From Endomicrobiales bacterium (GTDB lineage Bacteria > Elusimicrobiota > Endomicrobiia > Endomicrobiales > CAWCFT01): a stretch of DNA of 64,000 nt. Below are positions 27,726 through 38,426 of the stretch, one piece after another; position 1 is the stretch's first letter; each line of letters opens with the position of its first letter. Position numbers and translations under genes: made by a program. Where the stretch lies: NCBI GenBank assembly GCA_963794945.1, contig CAWCFT010000001.1:256001-320000 (forward strand). The letters run 5' to 3'. Below the pieces are notes generated by a model, which saw only the letters and a list, made by a program, of their open reading frames with translations, was not told where the DNA came from and searched no databases.

Positions 27726-29361
27726 TCGCGCTCTCCTGCCTCAGATCATATTTTTTTATTCCTTCAAATATTGAATCCGCTATATATTCCTGGAATTTCT
27801 TTGTTCTTAACTTGGCCTCTTCGCCGTAGTTTGAAAGAAAGGCGCACTCAACCAGTACCGCCGGCATGGCAGCACCCCTGAGAACGAAGAAACCAGCCTG
27901 CTTGACCCCTCTGTTCTCGATCTTGAGCCTGTGCGACGCTTCAACAGCAATCATACTGCAAAGCTCTGAAGAATCGTTAATGAACTCGTTGACAGTCATG
28001 GACCATAGCAGTTCCTGTAGTTTTGCGCGTTTCTTGTTGGGACTGCCTTCAAGGCGAACGACCGAGTTTTCAAGCACGGCCGTGGCCGCGGCATCTGAAT
28101 CCGAGGCTGTTTCTGACAAGAAATATATCTCAAAACCGCTGACGTTCTTGTCCATATTTGCGTTACAGTGCACGGCTATGAACATATCGGCTTTGTGTTC
28201 GTTGGCGAAACTCGTGCGTTCTACAAGTGGTATAAACGTATCGTCCGTCCTGGTCAGAAGAACGTTGTACTGGCCATCTTCTTCGAACAATCTTTTAAGC
28301 TCAAATACTATGGCAAGGTTAATATCTTTTTCTTTGGTGCCGTTTTGTCCTATCGCCCCGGGATCATCGCCACCGTGTCCGGCATCCAGTATGAGAAGCT
28401 TTTTCTTTTTGGAGGTTTTTTTAGCAAGAGTACAAACACTTACCGAAGATGCCGAGACCTTAAAAAGCCCTGTCCCAGCCGACGGTGTTGTCGCACGTAT
28501 TTCCGCATCTGCAACTGCAGCCGTTGAAACGCCTGTTTCAATAAGTTCGCCGGAAGAAATAACTACTTCCAGCGGGGCGGTGTCCGATACCGATTTTTCT
28601 GCAACAACAGTTTTTGGAATAGACATGACAAGCTTTTTTGAAGCCTTGTCGTATTTACTTTCAATAGCCCCAGCACCAGAATCAAGCTTAATTATAATCT
28701 CGGCGCTCCTGCCGGCATTTCTGGTCTCGAACCCCTTTACTATACCGTCATTTATGTTAATTTTCTCTTCATTAAGTCTTCCCTTTATGACAGTGACCGA
28801 CATCTCACCCTTTTTGATTTGTTTGCAATTATACGAAAGGTCTTCGGTAAACTCGACAACGATCTGAGCGGAACACTGCGATGAATAGAAACGAGGTGGA
28901 TTGATATTGATCTTTCTCTCTATGGTAAGGAAACCTGAATTCGGGTTATACTGCGAGACTGCACCGGAAAAACCCGCGAAATCGTTGGATAGTACAAAAG
29001 AAGCTGGGATATATAACTCTCCCGAAACAAGCCGGGAAGGTATGCTCAAACGCTTTTTTTGCCCATCCAGCAACACCCTTGTGCTTTTGACATAAATATC
29101 AATGCGGCGGTTATTCATCAGCAGGGCCACTTTACCCGTAACAGGATGATATACGAGGCTTGAGCCGTAAGCCTGAGCGACATCCCTCACTGCGAAATAG
29201 TCGTCTCCGGAAAGATTGGCATAATGGATAGGTTTTTTTACCTCCCCATCAAATATCGCCTGCACCTTCTTTACGCTGCCTTGCCCAAACAAACCAACTT
29301 GACAAGGCACAGCGATCAGCACCAAGAAGAGCATCACTAATATATGCCTAAAATGTTTCAT
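27712..29361 (-). CDS. N-acetylmuramoyl-L-alanine amidase (Amidase_3)
   Basis: LDAGHGGDDPGA, EKDINL, HCNA, PAVLVECAFLSN; signal peptide. Confidence 0.93.
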   Translation of the reverse strand: MKHFRHILVMLFLVLIAVPCQVGLFGQGSVKKVQAIFDGEVKKPIHYANLSGDDYFAVRDVAQAYGSSLVYHPVTGKVALLMNNRRIDIYVKSTRVLLDGQKKRLSIPSRLVSGELYIPASFVLSNDFAGFSGAVSQYNPNSGFLTIERKININPPRFYSSQCSAQIVVEFTEDLSYNCKQIKKGEMSVTVIKGRLNEEKININDGIVKGFETRNAGRSAEIIIKLDSGAGAIESKYDKASKKLVMSIPKTVVAEKSVSDTAPLEVVISSGELIETGVSTAAVADAEIRATTPSAGTGLFKVSASSVSVCTLAKKTSKKKKLLILDAGHGGDDPGAIGQNGTKEKDINLAIVFELKRLFEEDGQYNVLLTRTDDTFIPLVERTSFANEHKADMFIAVHCNANMDKNVSGFEIYFLSETASDSDAAATAVLENSVVRLEGSPNKKRAKLQELLWSMTVNEFINDSSELCSMIAVEASHRLKIENRGVKQAGFFVLRGAAMPAVLVECAFLSNYGEEAKLRTKKFQEYIADSIFEGIKKYDLRQESANAKR

Positions 29362-29390
29362 TTTTGTTTTCTTATGTCTTTTTCAAATCA

Positions 29391-29420
29391 AGTTTGGCAA
29401 AGCCAATGCTTTGCCAAACT
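29391..29420 (-). terminator. Perfect 13-bp hairpin immediately 3' of tmRNA
   Basis: AGTTTGGCAAAGC-CAAT-GCTTTGCCAAACT. Confidence 0.6.
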
Positions 29421-29422
29421 TA

Positions 29423-29769
29423 TGGAGGTGGCCGGAATCGAACCGGCGTCCGAAAGCGTCTAGGCCAGGTTCCTACAGGCTTAACAGGAAATTGTTCTCG
29501 CCGCTAAGCTGCCTTCCTGCAGGACCGCTTAACAGCCAGCTCCGTTATAGTTTCATCAAGCAACGACGGAACAAGCCTTGCCTGACTAACCTGCTCTTGA
29601 CGTTCGCTCCCTTTAGCAGGTGTCAAAGGGCGGACGCTTACCGCAATTAAGCGGCGAGGGCTAATGTATTATTAGCTTTTATTGTTTGACCGATTTTTAG
29701 CCGAGCCTTCGGTCAACTCGGGCCTGCCACCTGTTCCTCGTTCACTCCCGTCGAGACCTGTTCACCCCC
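29423..29769 (-). ncRNA. ssrA: tmRNA, tag peptide (A)ANNTLALAA*
   Basis: 5' GGGGGTGAACAGGTCTCGAC; 3' GCCGGTTCGATTCCGGCCACCTCCA; tag ORF GCT AAT AAT ACA TTA GCC CTC GCC GCT TAA (29676-29647). Confidence 0.95.
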
Positions 29770-29992
29770 ACATGTCGCGTCCGCCCTGGCGGACTTATCT
29801 TCGCTACAGCTCAGATTGTTCCGGCTCGAATTGAATAAACAGCTCGCCGGAACGCTCCCGGAGGGAAACGCAGTTTCACTTCCGCGCTCAGGAAAGGAGC
29901 TGAACTCCTTTCCTTCACTGAACCCCTCCCATAGGATATACTATCTAACACAGCTGACAACGCGCGGCTGTCATCCCATCCTAATCAAAATC

Positions 29993-30445
29993 CTATTTTC
30001 GTCTATTACTAAAGAACTTTTGGATTATTGTACGGCACTTCGGCTCGAGCACTCCACCGGTGGCTTTGATATGATGATTGAACTTCTTGTTGCTTAAGAT
30101 ATTTATCACGAAGCCGCAGGCGCCGGATTTGGTGTCGTAGGCGCCGAAGACTAGTTCTGATATCCTGGCCCAGATAAGGGCACCGGCACACATAGGGCAC
30201 GGTTCGACGGTCACGTAAAGTTTACACCCGTCAAGGCGGTAGTTATTAAGTTTTTTCCCCGCGTTCCTGATCGCTACGATCTCTGCGTGGGCTGAAGGGT
30301 CATTTGAGGTAATGCTCTTGTTGTGTCCACGGGCTATTATCTTATCGTTAAGTGTAATTACTGCCCCTACCGGTACTTCTCCAAATTTTTGCGCCTTCTT
30401 CGCTTCTTTGATGGCTTCACTTAAAAAATATTCTTTTGTTTGCAT
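29993..30445 (-). CDS. tadA: tRNA adenosine(34) deaminase
   Basis: EVPVGAV, AHAE, NYRL, VTVEPCPMCAGA, NH, FF..RR. Confidence 0.95.
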   Translation of the reverse strand: MQTKEYFLSEAIKEAKKAQKFGEVPVGAVITLNDKIIARGHNKSITSNDPSAHAEIVAIRNAGKKLNNYRLDGCKLYVTVEPCPMCAGALIWARISELVFGAYDTKSGACGFVINILSNKKFNHHIKATGGVLEPKCRTIIQKFFSNRRK

Positions 30446-30747
30446 GAATTGAATGAACCTACAGTAAAACTTACTACAAAAACAAGCTGAAATAATAATA
30501 ATTATCGCTAAAAATACGCTCTAAAAGCAGCCTTTGGCACATTTAGTATTTATAAGATTATACTTAAAATTCTACAGGAAATCAATTTGGAAAGAGTGCA
30601 GATTGAATAATGAATTAGAAGATGCTTATAGATAAAATACTGTTTTTCCGCTAACGTCGTTTTATCGTCAACAAAAAGGCCCACGGTAAGCGCTAGCTTA
30701 CCCTGAGTCCATAAATTTCTCACTGATAGAATTCTGTTTGGTTAAGC

Positions 30748-30821
30748 TGGCTGCCCTGTCAGGATTTGAACCTGAAACGAACGCTCCAGAGGCGTTTGTG
30801 TTACCGTTACACCACAGGGCA
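30748..30821 (-). tRNA. tRNA-Gln(CTG), CCA encoded
   Basis: TGCCCTG/CAGGGCA acceptor stem; anticodon arm AACGC-CTCTGGA-GCGTT; GGTTCAAATCC. Confidence 0.95.
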
Positions 30822-30862
30822 ATTAGTCTAAAAACAACTGTAACAAATATTATTGAGACCGT

Positions 30863-31159
30863 TCAATTAACTTTAGGTTTCTCTTCAGCTTTATTTACTT
30901 CATCCGCGTAATTGAGCTGCAGATCGGATATCGTGTTCCCGATAAGCTTCTCTTCTTCTGCGGAAAGGTTGCCTTTTGTCTTATCGCGGATCATGACAAG
31001 CAACTCAATGGTTATATTTGCGTTGGCTACCTCTTTTTCAATTTTGCCACTCACAGGGTTAGGGACCTTGCCAAGTTGCTGCCAGGCCGCCGAAGCAAGC
31101 ATCATTACAAGACTTATAAAATGAGGGTTTAGATTCTTTTCATCCATTGTTTTCACCAT
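30863..31159 (-). CDS. DUF1844 family protein
   Basis: LGKVPNP, KTKGNLSAEE, LQLNY. Confidence 0.85.
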   Translation of the reverse strand: MVKTMDEKNLNPHFISLVMMLASAAWQQLGKVPNPVSGKIEKEVANANITIELLVMIRDKTKGNLSAEEEKLIGNTISDLQLNYADEVNKAEEKPKVN

Positions 31160-31185
31160 TTATGAATTTATACTTGATTTTACAA

Positions 31186-32661
31186 TTAAAAGTTATGCTT
31201 TAAGCACTCGTTTATGCGCTGAACTACCTTTTCCCTTCCCATTATCTCCATCATATGAAAAAGGCTGGGCCCGGTCGTTCTGCCCGAAACCGCAACCCTA
31301 ATGGGATGAAAAATCTGGCCTGGCTTTACACCCTTTTCTGCCGCGAGGTCTCTAGCATACTTTTCAAGGGCAGTAGATGAAAAATCCTGCTGGTTTTTCA
31401 ACCGCGCGGCGCTTTCTTCAAGTACCATCTTCGCGGTATCCGCCTTGAGGGTTTTCCCCAAGGCTTCTGCGGTATATTCTACACTATCATTGAAGAAAAA
31501 GTCAATAAGGCCCGGAACTTCTTTCAATAACTTGAACTTTTCATGCTCCATTTCTATCACTTTTCCGGCGAGATTTTTATCCCAGTTCTTTATCTTCTCT
31601 AAATTACCTGTATCTTCAGCCCATTTAAAGAATACTCCTCCGAGCGCGGCAGGATCTATCTTCCGCAAGTACTCACCGTTCATCCATTCGAGCTTCTTTG
31701 GGTCGAATACCGCAGGGTTCTTAGCGCAGCGCTCGATCGAGAATTTGGCTATCAGGTCGTTTATATCGAAGAGCTGCTGGCTGTCTTCTGTTGACCAGCC
31801 GAGCAAGGCAAGGTAATTTATCAGCGCCCCGGGAAGAAACCCTTCGTTCCTGTATTCAAGCACGGACGTGTGACCGTGCCTTTTCGAAAGCCGCGAACCA
31901 TCGGCACCAAGTATCATTGAGATGTGCGCAAAGACAGGGGTTTGCCAGCCTAACGCATTATAAATGTTAACCTGTTTGGGCGTGTTAGAAAGATGATCAT
32001 CGCCGCGGATAATATGGGATATTTTCATCCTGACATCATCTACAACTACCGCGAAATTGTACGTGGGCACACCGGATGCTTTCATGATAATAAAGTCATC
32101 AAGCATGTAGTTCTCGAATTCCACGCGACCGCGAATCGCGTCGTCGAAAACGGTCTTCCCGGTTTCCGGAACCTTAAGCCTCAGCACAGCTTTTCTGCCT
32201 TCAGCTTCGCACTGCTTTCTCTGTTCCGGGGTAAGCGACCTGCACTTGCCGTTATATTTGGGGACTTTTTTTTCTGCCTGTGCCGCTTTCCTCATCTCCT
32301 CGACTTCTTCGGGCGTGCAATAACACGGGTAGGCTTTGCCCTCACTTACAAGCTTATCCGCGAATTTTTTATATATACCTTCTTCCGCAGCCTTCATCTG
32401 GAAATATGGCGCGAACTCAGGATTTTCTTTGCCGGGACCTTCATCCCAGTCAAGGCCGAGCCATTTCATGCTTTCCAGTATCGCCCCGACAGATTCTTCG
32501 GTCGAACGCGCCTCGTCCGTGTCCTCTATGCGGAGGACGAAAGTGCCTTTGTTCTGCTTGGCAAATAACCAGTTATACAGGGCCGTCCTTGCCCCGCCTA
32601 TATGCAGGAAGCCTGTAGGCGATGGTGCGAACCGTACTCGAACTTTATTATCCGTACTCAT
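31186..32661 (-). CDS. gltX: Glutamate--tRNA ligase
   Basis: [31 protein letters not shown]. Confidence 0.97.
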   Translation of the reverse strand: MSTDNKVRVRFAPSPTGFLHIGGARTALYNWLFAKQNKGTFVLRIEDTDEARSTEESVGAILESMKWLGLDWDEGPGKENPEFAPYFQMKAAEEGIYKKFADKLVSEGKAYPCYCTPEEVEEMRKAAQAEKKVPKYNGKCRSLTPEQRKQCEAEGRKAVLRLKVPETGKTVFDDAIRGRVEFENYMLDDFIIMKASGVPTYNFAVVVDDVRMKISHIIRGDDHLSNTPKQVNIYNALGWQTPVFAHISMILGADGSRLSKRHGHTSVLEYRNEGFLPGALINYLALLGWSTEDSQQLFDINDLIAKFSIERCAKNPAVFDPKKLEWMNGEYLRKIDPAALGGVFFKWAEDTGNLEKIKNWDKNLAGKVIEMEHEKFKLLKEVPGLIDFFFNDSVEYTAEALGKTLKADTAKMVLEESAARLKNQQDFSSTALEKYARDLAAEKGVKPGQIFHPIRVAVSGRTTGPSLFHMMEIMGREKVVQRINECLKHNF

Positions 32662-32847
32662 GTATCTATCTCCCGGGATCTTATGCTTATCCGCATATCA
32701 ATGCCATTTTATAATTTTAGTTAAATTATGCGGCGGGTTATGTAATTCGACAGGTTTTAGGATGCTGAGAAAGGTTGACGTGGCTCTTTCTGATCGCTGA
32801 AAAACTGACGTGGGTTGTTCTGCCGCGGCTTATCACACACTGTTTAT

Positions 32848-34144
32848 TTAATTGAACTTAAAGCCTACACCCAGTATAGTTTGTGTGACTGAAAGAGCAA
32901 CAGTATCGTTTTCGCTCGCGTAGCTCCTGGAAAAATACGTGTAATCGGTGATGCTCCTCTGTTCTATGAACAAGGTGGTACTGTCGCCAACGTTAACCCT
33001 AACACCGATAATTGGTGAACGAAGCAGAAAACCCACGGTGAATTCGTCGAGCGAACCGCCACCCTCCTGCAGTATGTACGGAGAAGAAACACTGCCTAAC
33101 GACATACCGATACCAACACCAACATACGGCTGTATCATTTTATTTGTGAACCTGTAAAGCAGGTCCATGGATATTAGGTTAAAAACGCTCATTTTAAAAT
33201 AATCGCTGTTGGAATCATTGTAAGTAGAGGGACTGTTGCCGTACGTTACCGTTGCTACCTGCTTTGGCATGGTCGCTGAATAATATGAGCACTCCATGTC
33301 AAAACCCCAGTGCTTGCCGTAACCCACTATTCTTGCGCCTATAGGCGCGGTGCCGTCCATATTTACACCGCTAAAAGAATACTTAGTGTAGGTTCTGGAA
33401 ACTGAATAACTGCTACTGTTATTTGAAGCTTGCCAATATATATCCAGGTTAGACGACGGGATACCGCTATTATTATTGAATGTCAGGTCCATCTTGCCGC
33501 TGCCTCCACCTAATCCGGTGAAAAGGTCGACATACGTATCAAGTTTCGGGCCGCCGCGTCTGGTAGCGGGCTGTTTGTACATAGGCTGTTGTTCTTCCTG
33601 GACAGCCTGTTCCTGTTGGGGAGCCGGCTGCGAATGGGGGGGCGGTGGCGCAATCGAAACATCCGACCATATCTTTTTAATGCTTACCGATGCCGTGTTA
33701 AGCACCTCAGCCGTTTCTGTTTTTATAAGCCTCGCGTTAACTTCTACCATGCCGTCCTCAACATCAAGAAGAGTACCGCTGATGATAGCGTCAACACCCA
33801 ATATCTTTCCTATTTGTTTCGCTGTTTCGGCACTTACGGCTCCAGATGTTTCAAGATGCTGTTCCTGGATAAGGTTCTCAAGAAGCTCTCTTTCTATAAC
33901 CTGATATTTTTTAAGTTTTACTATACGCGTCGTAAGTCGCTCTGAAACTATCGAACCGCCTTCCGATTTGCGTTTGTCCAAGTAACTAAAAGGTAATATA
34001 GCTATCTTAGCCTGTCCAGTTGAAATCACGACGTTGCAAAGATCTTTAGCGAGATCATCGTATTCGTCCGCAAAAGCCGTGGCAGCAGAACCAGGTAAGG
34101 ATTATCCCGGACACGACAAGCAAGAATTTGGTGATTTTCTTCAT
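32848..34144 (-). CDS. CsgG/FlgO-like periplasmic domain, Pro/Gln linker and outer-membrane beta-barrel; apparent indel near 34095
   Basis: IAILPF, VIERELLE, AKQIGKILGVDAIISG; PYVGVGIG and C-terminal GVGFKFN. Signal peptide MKKITKFLLVV..ATAFA is recovered by a frame change. Confidence 0.7.
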
Positions 34145-34441
34145 ACACTCTCCGTTAATAATTTAAACTAAAACATTGCTGTATATTCTAGCAGTTTTGC
34201 GTTTCAGTTTCAAGGTATTTCGCAACGAAATTTTTCTTCGGCCTTTATAAAGTTCTAAACAAGCAAATTCACAGCAATTAACGGAGCCCAAGTTTATAAT
34301 GCTTGTAATACTATCCTAAAACAAAGCAAGGCTTTCACAATTAATTACACAGCTTCCTTAGACTACTCGCAAAATATATCATTTTTTTTAGCTGTATAAG
34401 GTAGGCGTAGGCTACATTATTCGATGGAGGATTTCTTCAAT

Positions 34442-34975
34442 TTACTGGTATGACAACACTGTTTTTGTCTTTTCTACTATTTCTGCGGCTATTTTGTCTG
34501 ATTTAGCTGTCGTTGAGTCTTTCTGGCCTTTATCCTGCGACAGATAGTCTCCAATTGCATTTAACAGCACAATTCTTTTTTGGACACTTTCGTCAGCAAA
34601 GACTCTTACGCTCCTGTCTTTGTTCTTGTCTTCGATGAAATTGACTATGATTATGGCGCCGTAACTGTTCGCCTTCATTCCTTTAAGACTAGCTCCGTAA
34701 GCGATTTTTACGTATTTCCCTTCATTCTTCAGTTCTTGGGCCACTTTAATAATCACAGGGTCGTTTGTCTTGGCCTTATTAGAAACTATCAGCACTCTGC
34801 TTGAGCGGTTGTTGCCTTCTGTTCCGGCCGCAGTATTGTGTCCGGCCGCGATCATAAGCAGGCAAACCAATAAAAAGCATACTTTGAATATGCCGTGCAT
34901 GGATCTAAAGTAGCCTGACATTGTTTTGTTCAAATTCATGTTCTCCGGGCTTTGTATTTTATGTTCGGCCTGCAT
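34442..34975 (-). CDS. Hypothetical exported protein (start uncertain)
   Basis: Hydrophobic signal-like segment followed by a small alpha/beta-like domain. Confidence 0.55.
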   Translation of the reverse strand: MQAEHKIQSPENMNLNKTMSGYFRSMHGIFKVCFLLVCLLMIAAGHNTAAGTEGNNRSSRVLIVSNKAKTNDPVIIKVAQELKNEGKYVKIAYGASLKGMKANSYGAIIIVNFIEDKNKDRSVRVFADESVQKRIVLLNAIGDYLSQDKGQKDSTTAKSDKIAAEIVEKTKTVLSYQ

Positions 34976-35004
34976 TTTTACTGCAGTTTATCTCATATCC
35001 CGCG

Positions 35005-35397
35005 TCACGGCCTCTGCGCTTCTATCACTTTTGAAGACACATGTATATCGCTTAAGGTTTTGCCCTGGCTAGTTTTGGCACCCTGAAGGGTTATGTCGGC
35101 TGTACCGCCTTCACTTACATTTGGGAACGAATACGTTAAACGGCACCTGTACTGGTCTACCCAGTAGACAGGGAAAGACAGGTTATTATCATCCGGCATT
35201 TTAAAATTCAGCTGAGGAGCAACTGTCGTATCCATCCGCACATTGAAAATGAACGTGAAGGTCGTTGGCGTTCCAGCTTGAATTGTATCCGGAGATGAAT
35301 AATAGCTTGTCAGCTCCATTGGCTGTGAGGCGAACACAGGCAACAACCCGGCCTTAAACATCAGTGACAGAATAATAACAAAATATTTGATTTTCAT
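35005..35397 (-). CDS. Hypothetical secreted beta-rich (Ig-like?) protein
   Basis: ATG 35397 behind GAGGTG; signal peptide ending VFA. Confidence 0.6.
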   Translation of the reverse strand: MKIKYFVIILSLMFKAGLLPVFASQPMELTSYYSSPDTIQAGTPTTFTFIFNVRMDTTVAPQLNFKMPDDNNLSFPVYWVDQYRCRLTYSFPNVSEGGTADITLQGAKTSQGKTLSDIHVSSKVIEAQRP

Positions 35398-35518
35398 AGA
35401 AATCACCTCAAAAAGCGCCTCTATGCAGCTATCATATTCTGTTATATTGTTTGTTTCAAGTAAATCGGCGCGATACACCGCAAACTGACATTTGTCAACT
35501 TTCAGCGGTTAAGATTTA

Positions 35519-36264
35519 TCAGGCTTGTATTTTTTCAAACATTAAACTCCCGATCGCAAGCAAAGCCAAAGCGAGGAAGGAAAGGATACAAAGATCCAGT
35601 CCGATACCGAACTTCCCGCCGTTTATCAGGACCGCCCGCATCCCGTCTATACCGTATGTCAGCGGGTCGATCCTGGTAATTATTTCCATAGCGGTCGGCA
35701 GCCCTGCAGCGGGAACAGCGCGCCCGAAAGAAAGAACACAGGCATAACAAGGAAGTTCATGATCAGTTGAAAACCCTGCATGTCTTCCATAGACGACGCG
35801 AGCGCCACACCCAGCGATGTAAACAACACCGCCACGAGCAGCACAAAAACAAAAGCCAGCGGCAGCAGCAACATGTTCTGAGGCCTGAAGCCTATCACCA
35901 GCGTCAAAAGGAACACTATCACGCCCTGTACCACGGCTACGGTGGCCCCGCCAAGCGTTTTGCCAAGCATGATCTCCAGCCTAGAAACCGGTGCCACCAT
36001 GGTCTCTTTGAGGAACCCGAACTGCCTGTCCCATATAAGGTCGATGCCTGAAAAAACCGCTGTAAAAAGCACGCTCATCATTATAATGCCGGGAGCCAGG
36101 AACTGTATGTAATTTCCTCTTCCAGCCTGTTTGTAGATGGAGCCGAAACCGAATCCCAGTGCGATAAGAAACAGCAAGGGTTGCCCCAATGATCCGATAA
36201 TACGCGACCTTGACCGCAAATATTTTTTCACCTGCCTAAGCCAGAGTATATATATGGTACTCAT
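35519..36264 (-). CDS. ABC-2 exporter permease; apparent -1 indel near 35703
   Basis: FLAPGI, DRQFGFLKE, FLSGALFP; shifted frame DPLTYGIDGMR to a stop at 35519. Confidence 0.88.
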
Positions 36265-37079
36265 CAGCGTCGCCTCCATATTTTTCTCATCTTTCTCATG
36301 CGGTCCATGCCCGATGCTTCCTGCTCGCGTATCACGCTGCCGGTTATAGCGAGGAACGCCTCTTCCAGCGACTTCGTTTTTGTCTTTTCCTTAAGTTCAG
36401 CAGCTGTTCCTACCGCGCTGATCTTTCCGTGGTCGATTATAGCTATACGGCCTGCCACTTTCTCGGCTTCTTCCATGTAATGGGTCGTAAAAAAGACCGT
36501 CATATTCTCTTTTGCATTAATATCTCTCAGGTAGTTCCACATATGGTTCCTCGTCTGCGGGTCAAGCCCCAGGGTGGGTTCGTCCAAGAACAATATTTTT
36601 GGGTGGTGGACTAGTCCCCTTGCTATCTCAAGCCGGCGTTTCATACCTCCCGAGAAGGTTTTGACAAAGTCTTTCCTGCGGTCCCAAAGCTCCACCATGC
36701 GCATCAGCTCTTCAATGCGGCGATTTCTTATATCGTATGGGACCTTGTAGAGGACTGCGTGGAATTCCATGTTCTCCATCGCCGTCATATCATCATCGAG
36801 GCTCGGGTCCTGAAATACTATCCCGAACGACCTTCTCACTGCGTCCTTGTCATGCATCGGATCATGCCCGTTTACGAGTATTTTTCCGGAACTCGGGTGC
36901 AAAAGAGTGGTGAGCATCTTTATGGTAGTAGTTTTTCCCGCGCCGTTGGGCCCGAGGAATGCGAATGTTTCACCTCTTTGAACTTGAAAGGAAATGTGAT
37001 CTACCGCTGTTAACCCGTCAAAGTTTTTTACCAGGTCGGAAACCGATATTATCGAATTATCTTCATTATTTTCAACCAT
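36264..37079 (-). CDS. ABC exporter ATP-binding protein (DrrA-like)
   Basis: GPNGAGKTT, FSGGMKRR, LFLDEPT, TTHYMEEA. Confidence 0.95.
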   Translation of the reverse strand: MVENNEDNSIISVSDLVKNFDGLTAVDHISFQVQRGETFAFLGPNGAGKTTTIKMLTTLLHPSSGKILVNGHDPMHDKDAVRRSFGIVFQDPSLDDDMTAMENMEFHAVLYKVPYDIRNRRIEELMRMVELWDRRKDFVKTFSGGMKRRLEIARGLVHHPKILFLDEPTLGLDPQTRNHMWNYLRDINAKENMTVFFTTHYMEEAEKVAGRIAIIDHGKISAVGTAAELKEKTKTKSLEEAFLAITGSVIREQEASGMDRMRKMRKIWRRR

Positions 37080-37109
37080 CAGCTAACTCCTATAATAGTT
37101 GTGTTGTTT

Positions 37110-38393
37110 TCAGCACTTAAGGTCATCATTCTGCGGGTCGTGTTTTACCTGTTCCATCGTATGCATGTCGAACTTGAGGCCAAGTAGTTCCTTGCCGTAA
37201 AGCGCCACAGTTCCGGCTATCCCTATGGTTATCACGCCGCCAATGGCGACGCACGGCACAGCCCCCAGCCACGCGGCCCCCATGCCGCTCTCGAACGCGC
37301 CCAGCTCGTTGGAAGCGCAGATAAATATAGAGCTCGCGGAAGCGATACGGCCTCTCATCTCATCAGGTGACAGAAGCCTTATTATCGAGCGCCTTATTAT
37401 TACGCTTACACCGTCGAAAGCGCCGCTGAAGAACAACGCCGCCATCGACAGCCAGAAGTTCTTTGAAAAAGCGAAAACCAATATGCACACGCCAAAACCC
37501 GAAACGGTAGCTATCAGGTTCCTTCCGGCTTTTCTGATAGGCGGATGCTTAGTGGCAAAAAGCATCGTCACCAGCGCACCCAGGGAAGAAGACGCGTTAA
37601 GCAGGCCCAGCCCTTTCGCGCCGACGTTGAGGATATCGGTCGCGTAGATAGGCAGAAGAGCCACGGCCCCGCCGAAAAAAACGGCGAACATGTCCAGGGA
37701 CATTGACGCCCATAACGCCTGTTTATTAAAAAGGTATCGCCATCCGATAAGGATACTTTTGAATACTGGTTCTCGCTTTTCGGGCATGGATTGCGTTTTG
37801 GGCGGTATAAGCACTGTACACAGCCATGAACATAAGAATAGCGCGCTGATTATAACATACGAAACAGCCGCGCCGAAATAGTCGAAGCTGAAGCCTATCA
37901 TCGCGGGGCCGATGACAGCGCAGCTGAGCCATGTGCTGCTTATCCAAGATGCCGCGTTGACCGTAAGGTGTTTTGGCACCACCTGCGCTTCAAAAGCCGT
38001 GTTTGCCGGGTCGGCGAACCCTCTGGCTATGCCGGCTATAAAGATCATCGAATAGAGGCCGATTATAGACACTGAACTGCTATTTCGTGATAATATGGCG
38101 AGAACAACGGCTGATACTACAGATACCGCTCTGGTTACAATAAGTATATTGCGCCGTTTGAAGTGGTCTGCAACATAACCGCCGAACGGGGATATCGAGA
38201 TCGCTGGTATAGCCTCTATTAGCCCCAGCCATCCCAGAGACAGGGCGGAATGAGTTATCTTGTATATCTGGAAACCTATCACAACCACCAATGCCCGCCC
38301 GGCCAAAGAGAAAAAACCCACCGATCCTATGAACAGGCGTATGTCAGATATCTTTAACGCGTCAGAAAAATTGTATTTTACATTCTCATTCAT
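37110..38393 (-). CDS. MFS transporter (EntS/H+ antiporter-like)
   Basis: About 12 TM helices; GYVADHFKRR; LDMFAVFFGG; PDEMRGR. Confidence 0.9.
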   Translation of the reverse strand: MNENVKYNFSDALKISDIRLFIGSVGFFSLAGRALVVVIGFQIYKITHSALSLGWLGLIEAIPAISISPFGGYVADHFKRRNILIVTRAVSVVSAVVLAILSRNSSSVSIIGLYSMIFIAGIARGFADPANTAFEAQVVPKHLTVNAASWISSTWLSCAVIGPAMIGFSFDYFGAAVSYVIISALFLCSWLCTVLIPPKTQSMPEKREPVFKSILIGWRYLFNKQALWASMSLDMFAVFFGGAVALLPIYATDILNVGAKGLGLLNASSSLGALVTMLFATKHPPIRKAGRNLIATVSGFGVCILVFAFSKNFWLSMAALFFSGAFDGVSVIIRRSIIRLLSPDEMRGRIASASSIFICASNELGAFESGMGAAWLGAVPCVAIGGVITIGIAGTVALYGKELLGLKFDMHTMEQVKHDPQNDDLKC

Positions 38394-38426
38394 TTTTTAC
38401 ATATTATAATCGCTGATTTTATGATA

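Noticed and set aside
27866..28867. 333-aa plus-strand ORF and other long antisense ORFs (e.g. 49723-50361, 59187-59873)
   Set aside because: They are shadows of well-supported genes on the opposite strand and have no recognisable motifs.
29779..29990. SRP RNA or a tRNA downstream of tadA
   Set aside because: No SRP domain IV core (CAGG..GGAA..AGCAG) and no cloverleaf found on either strand.
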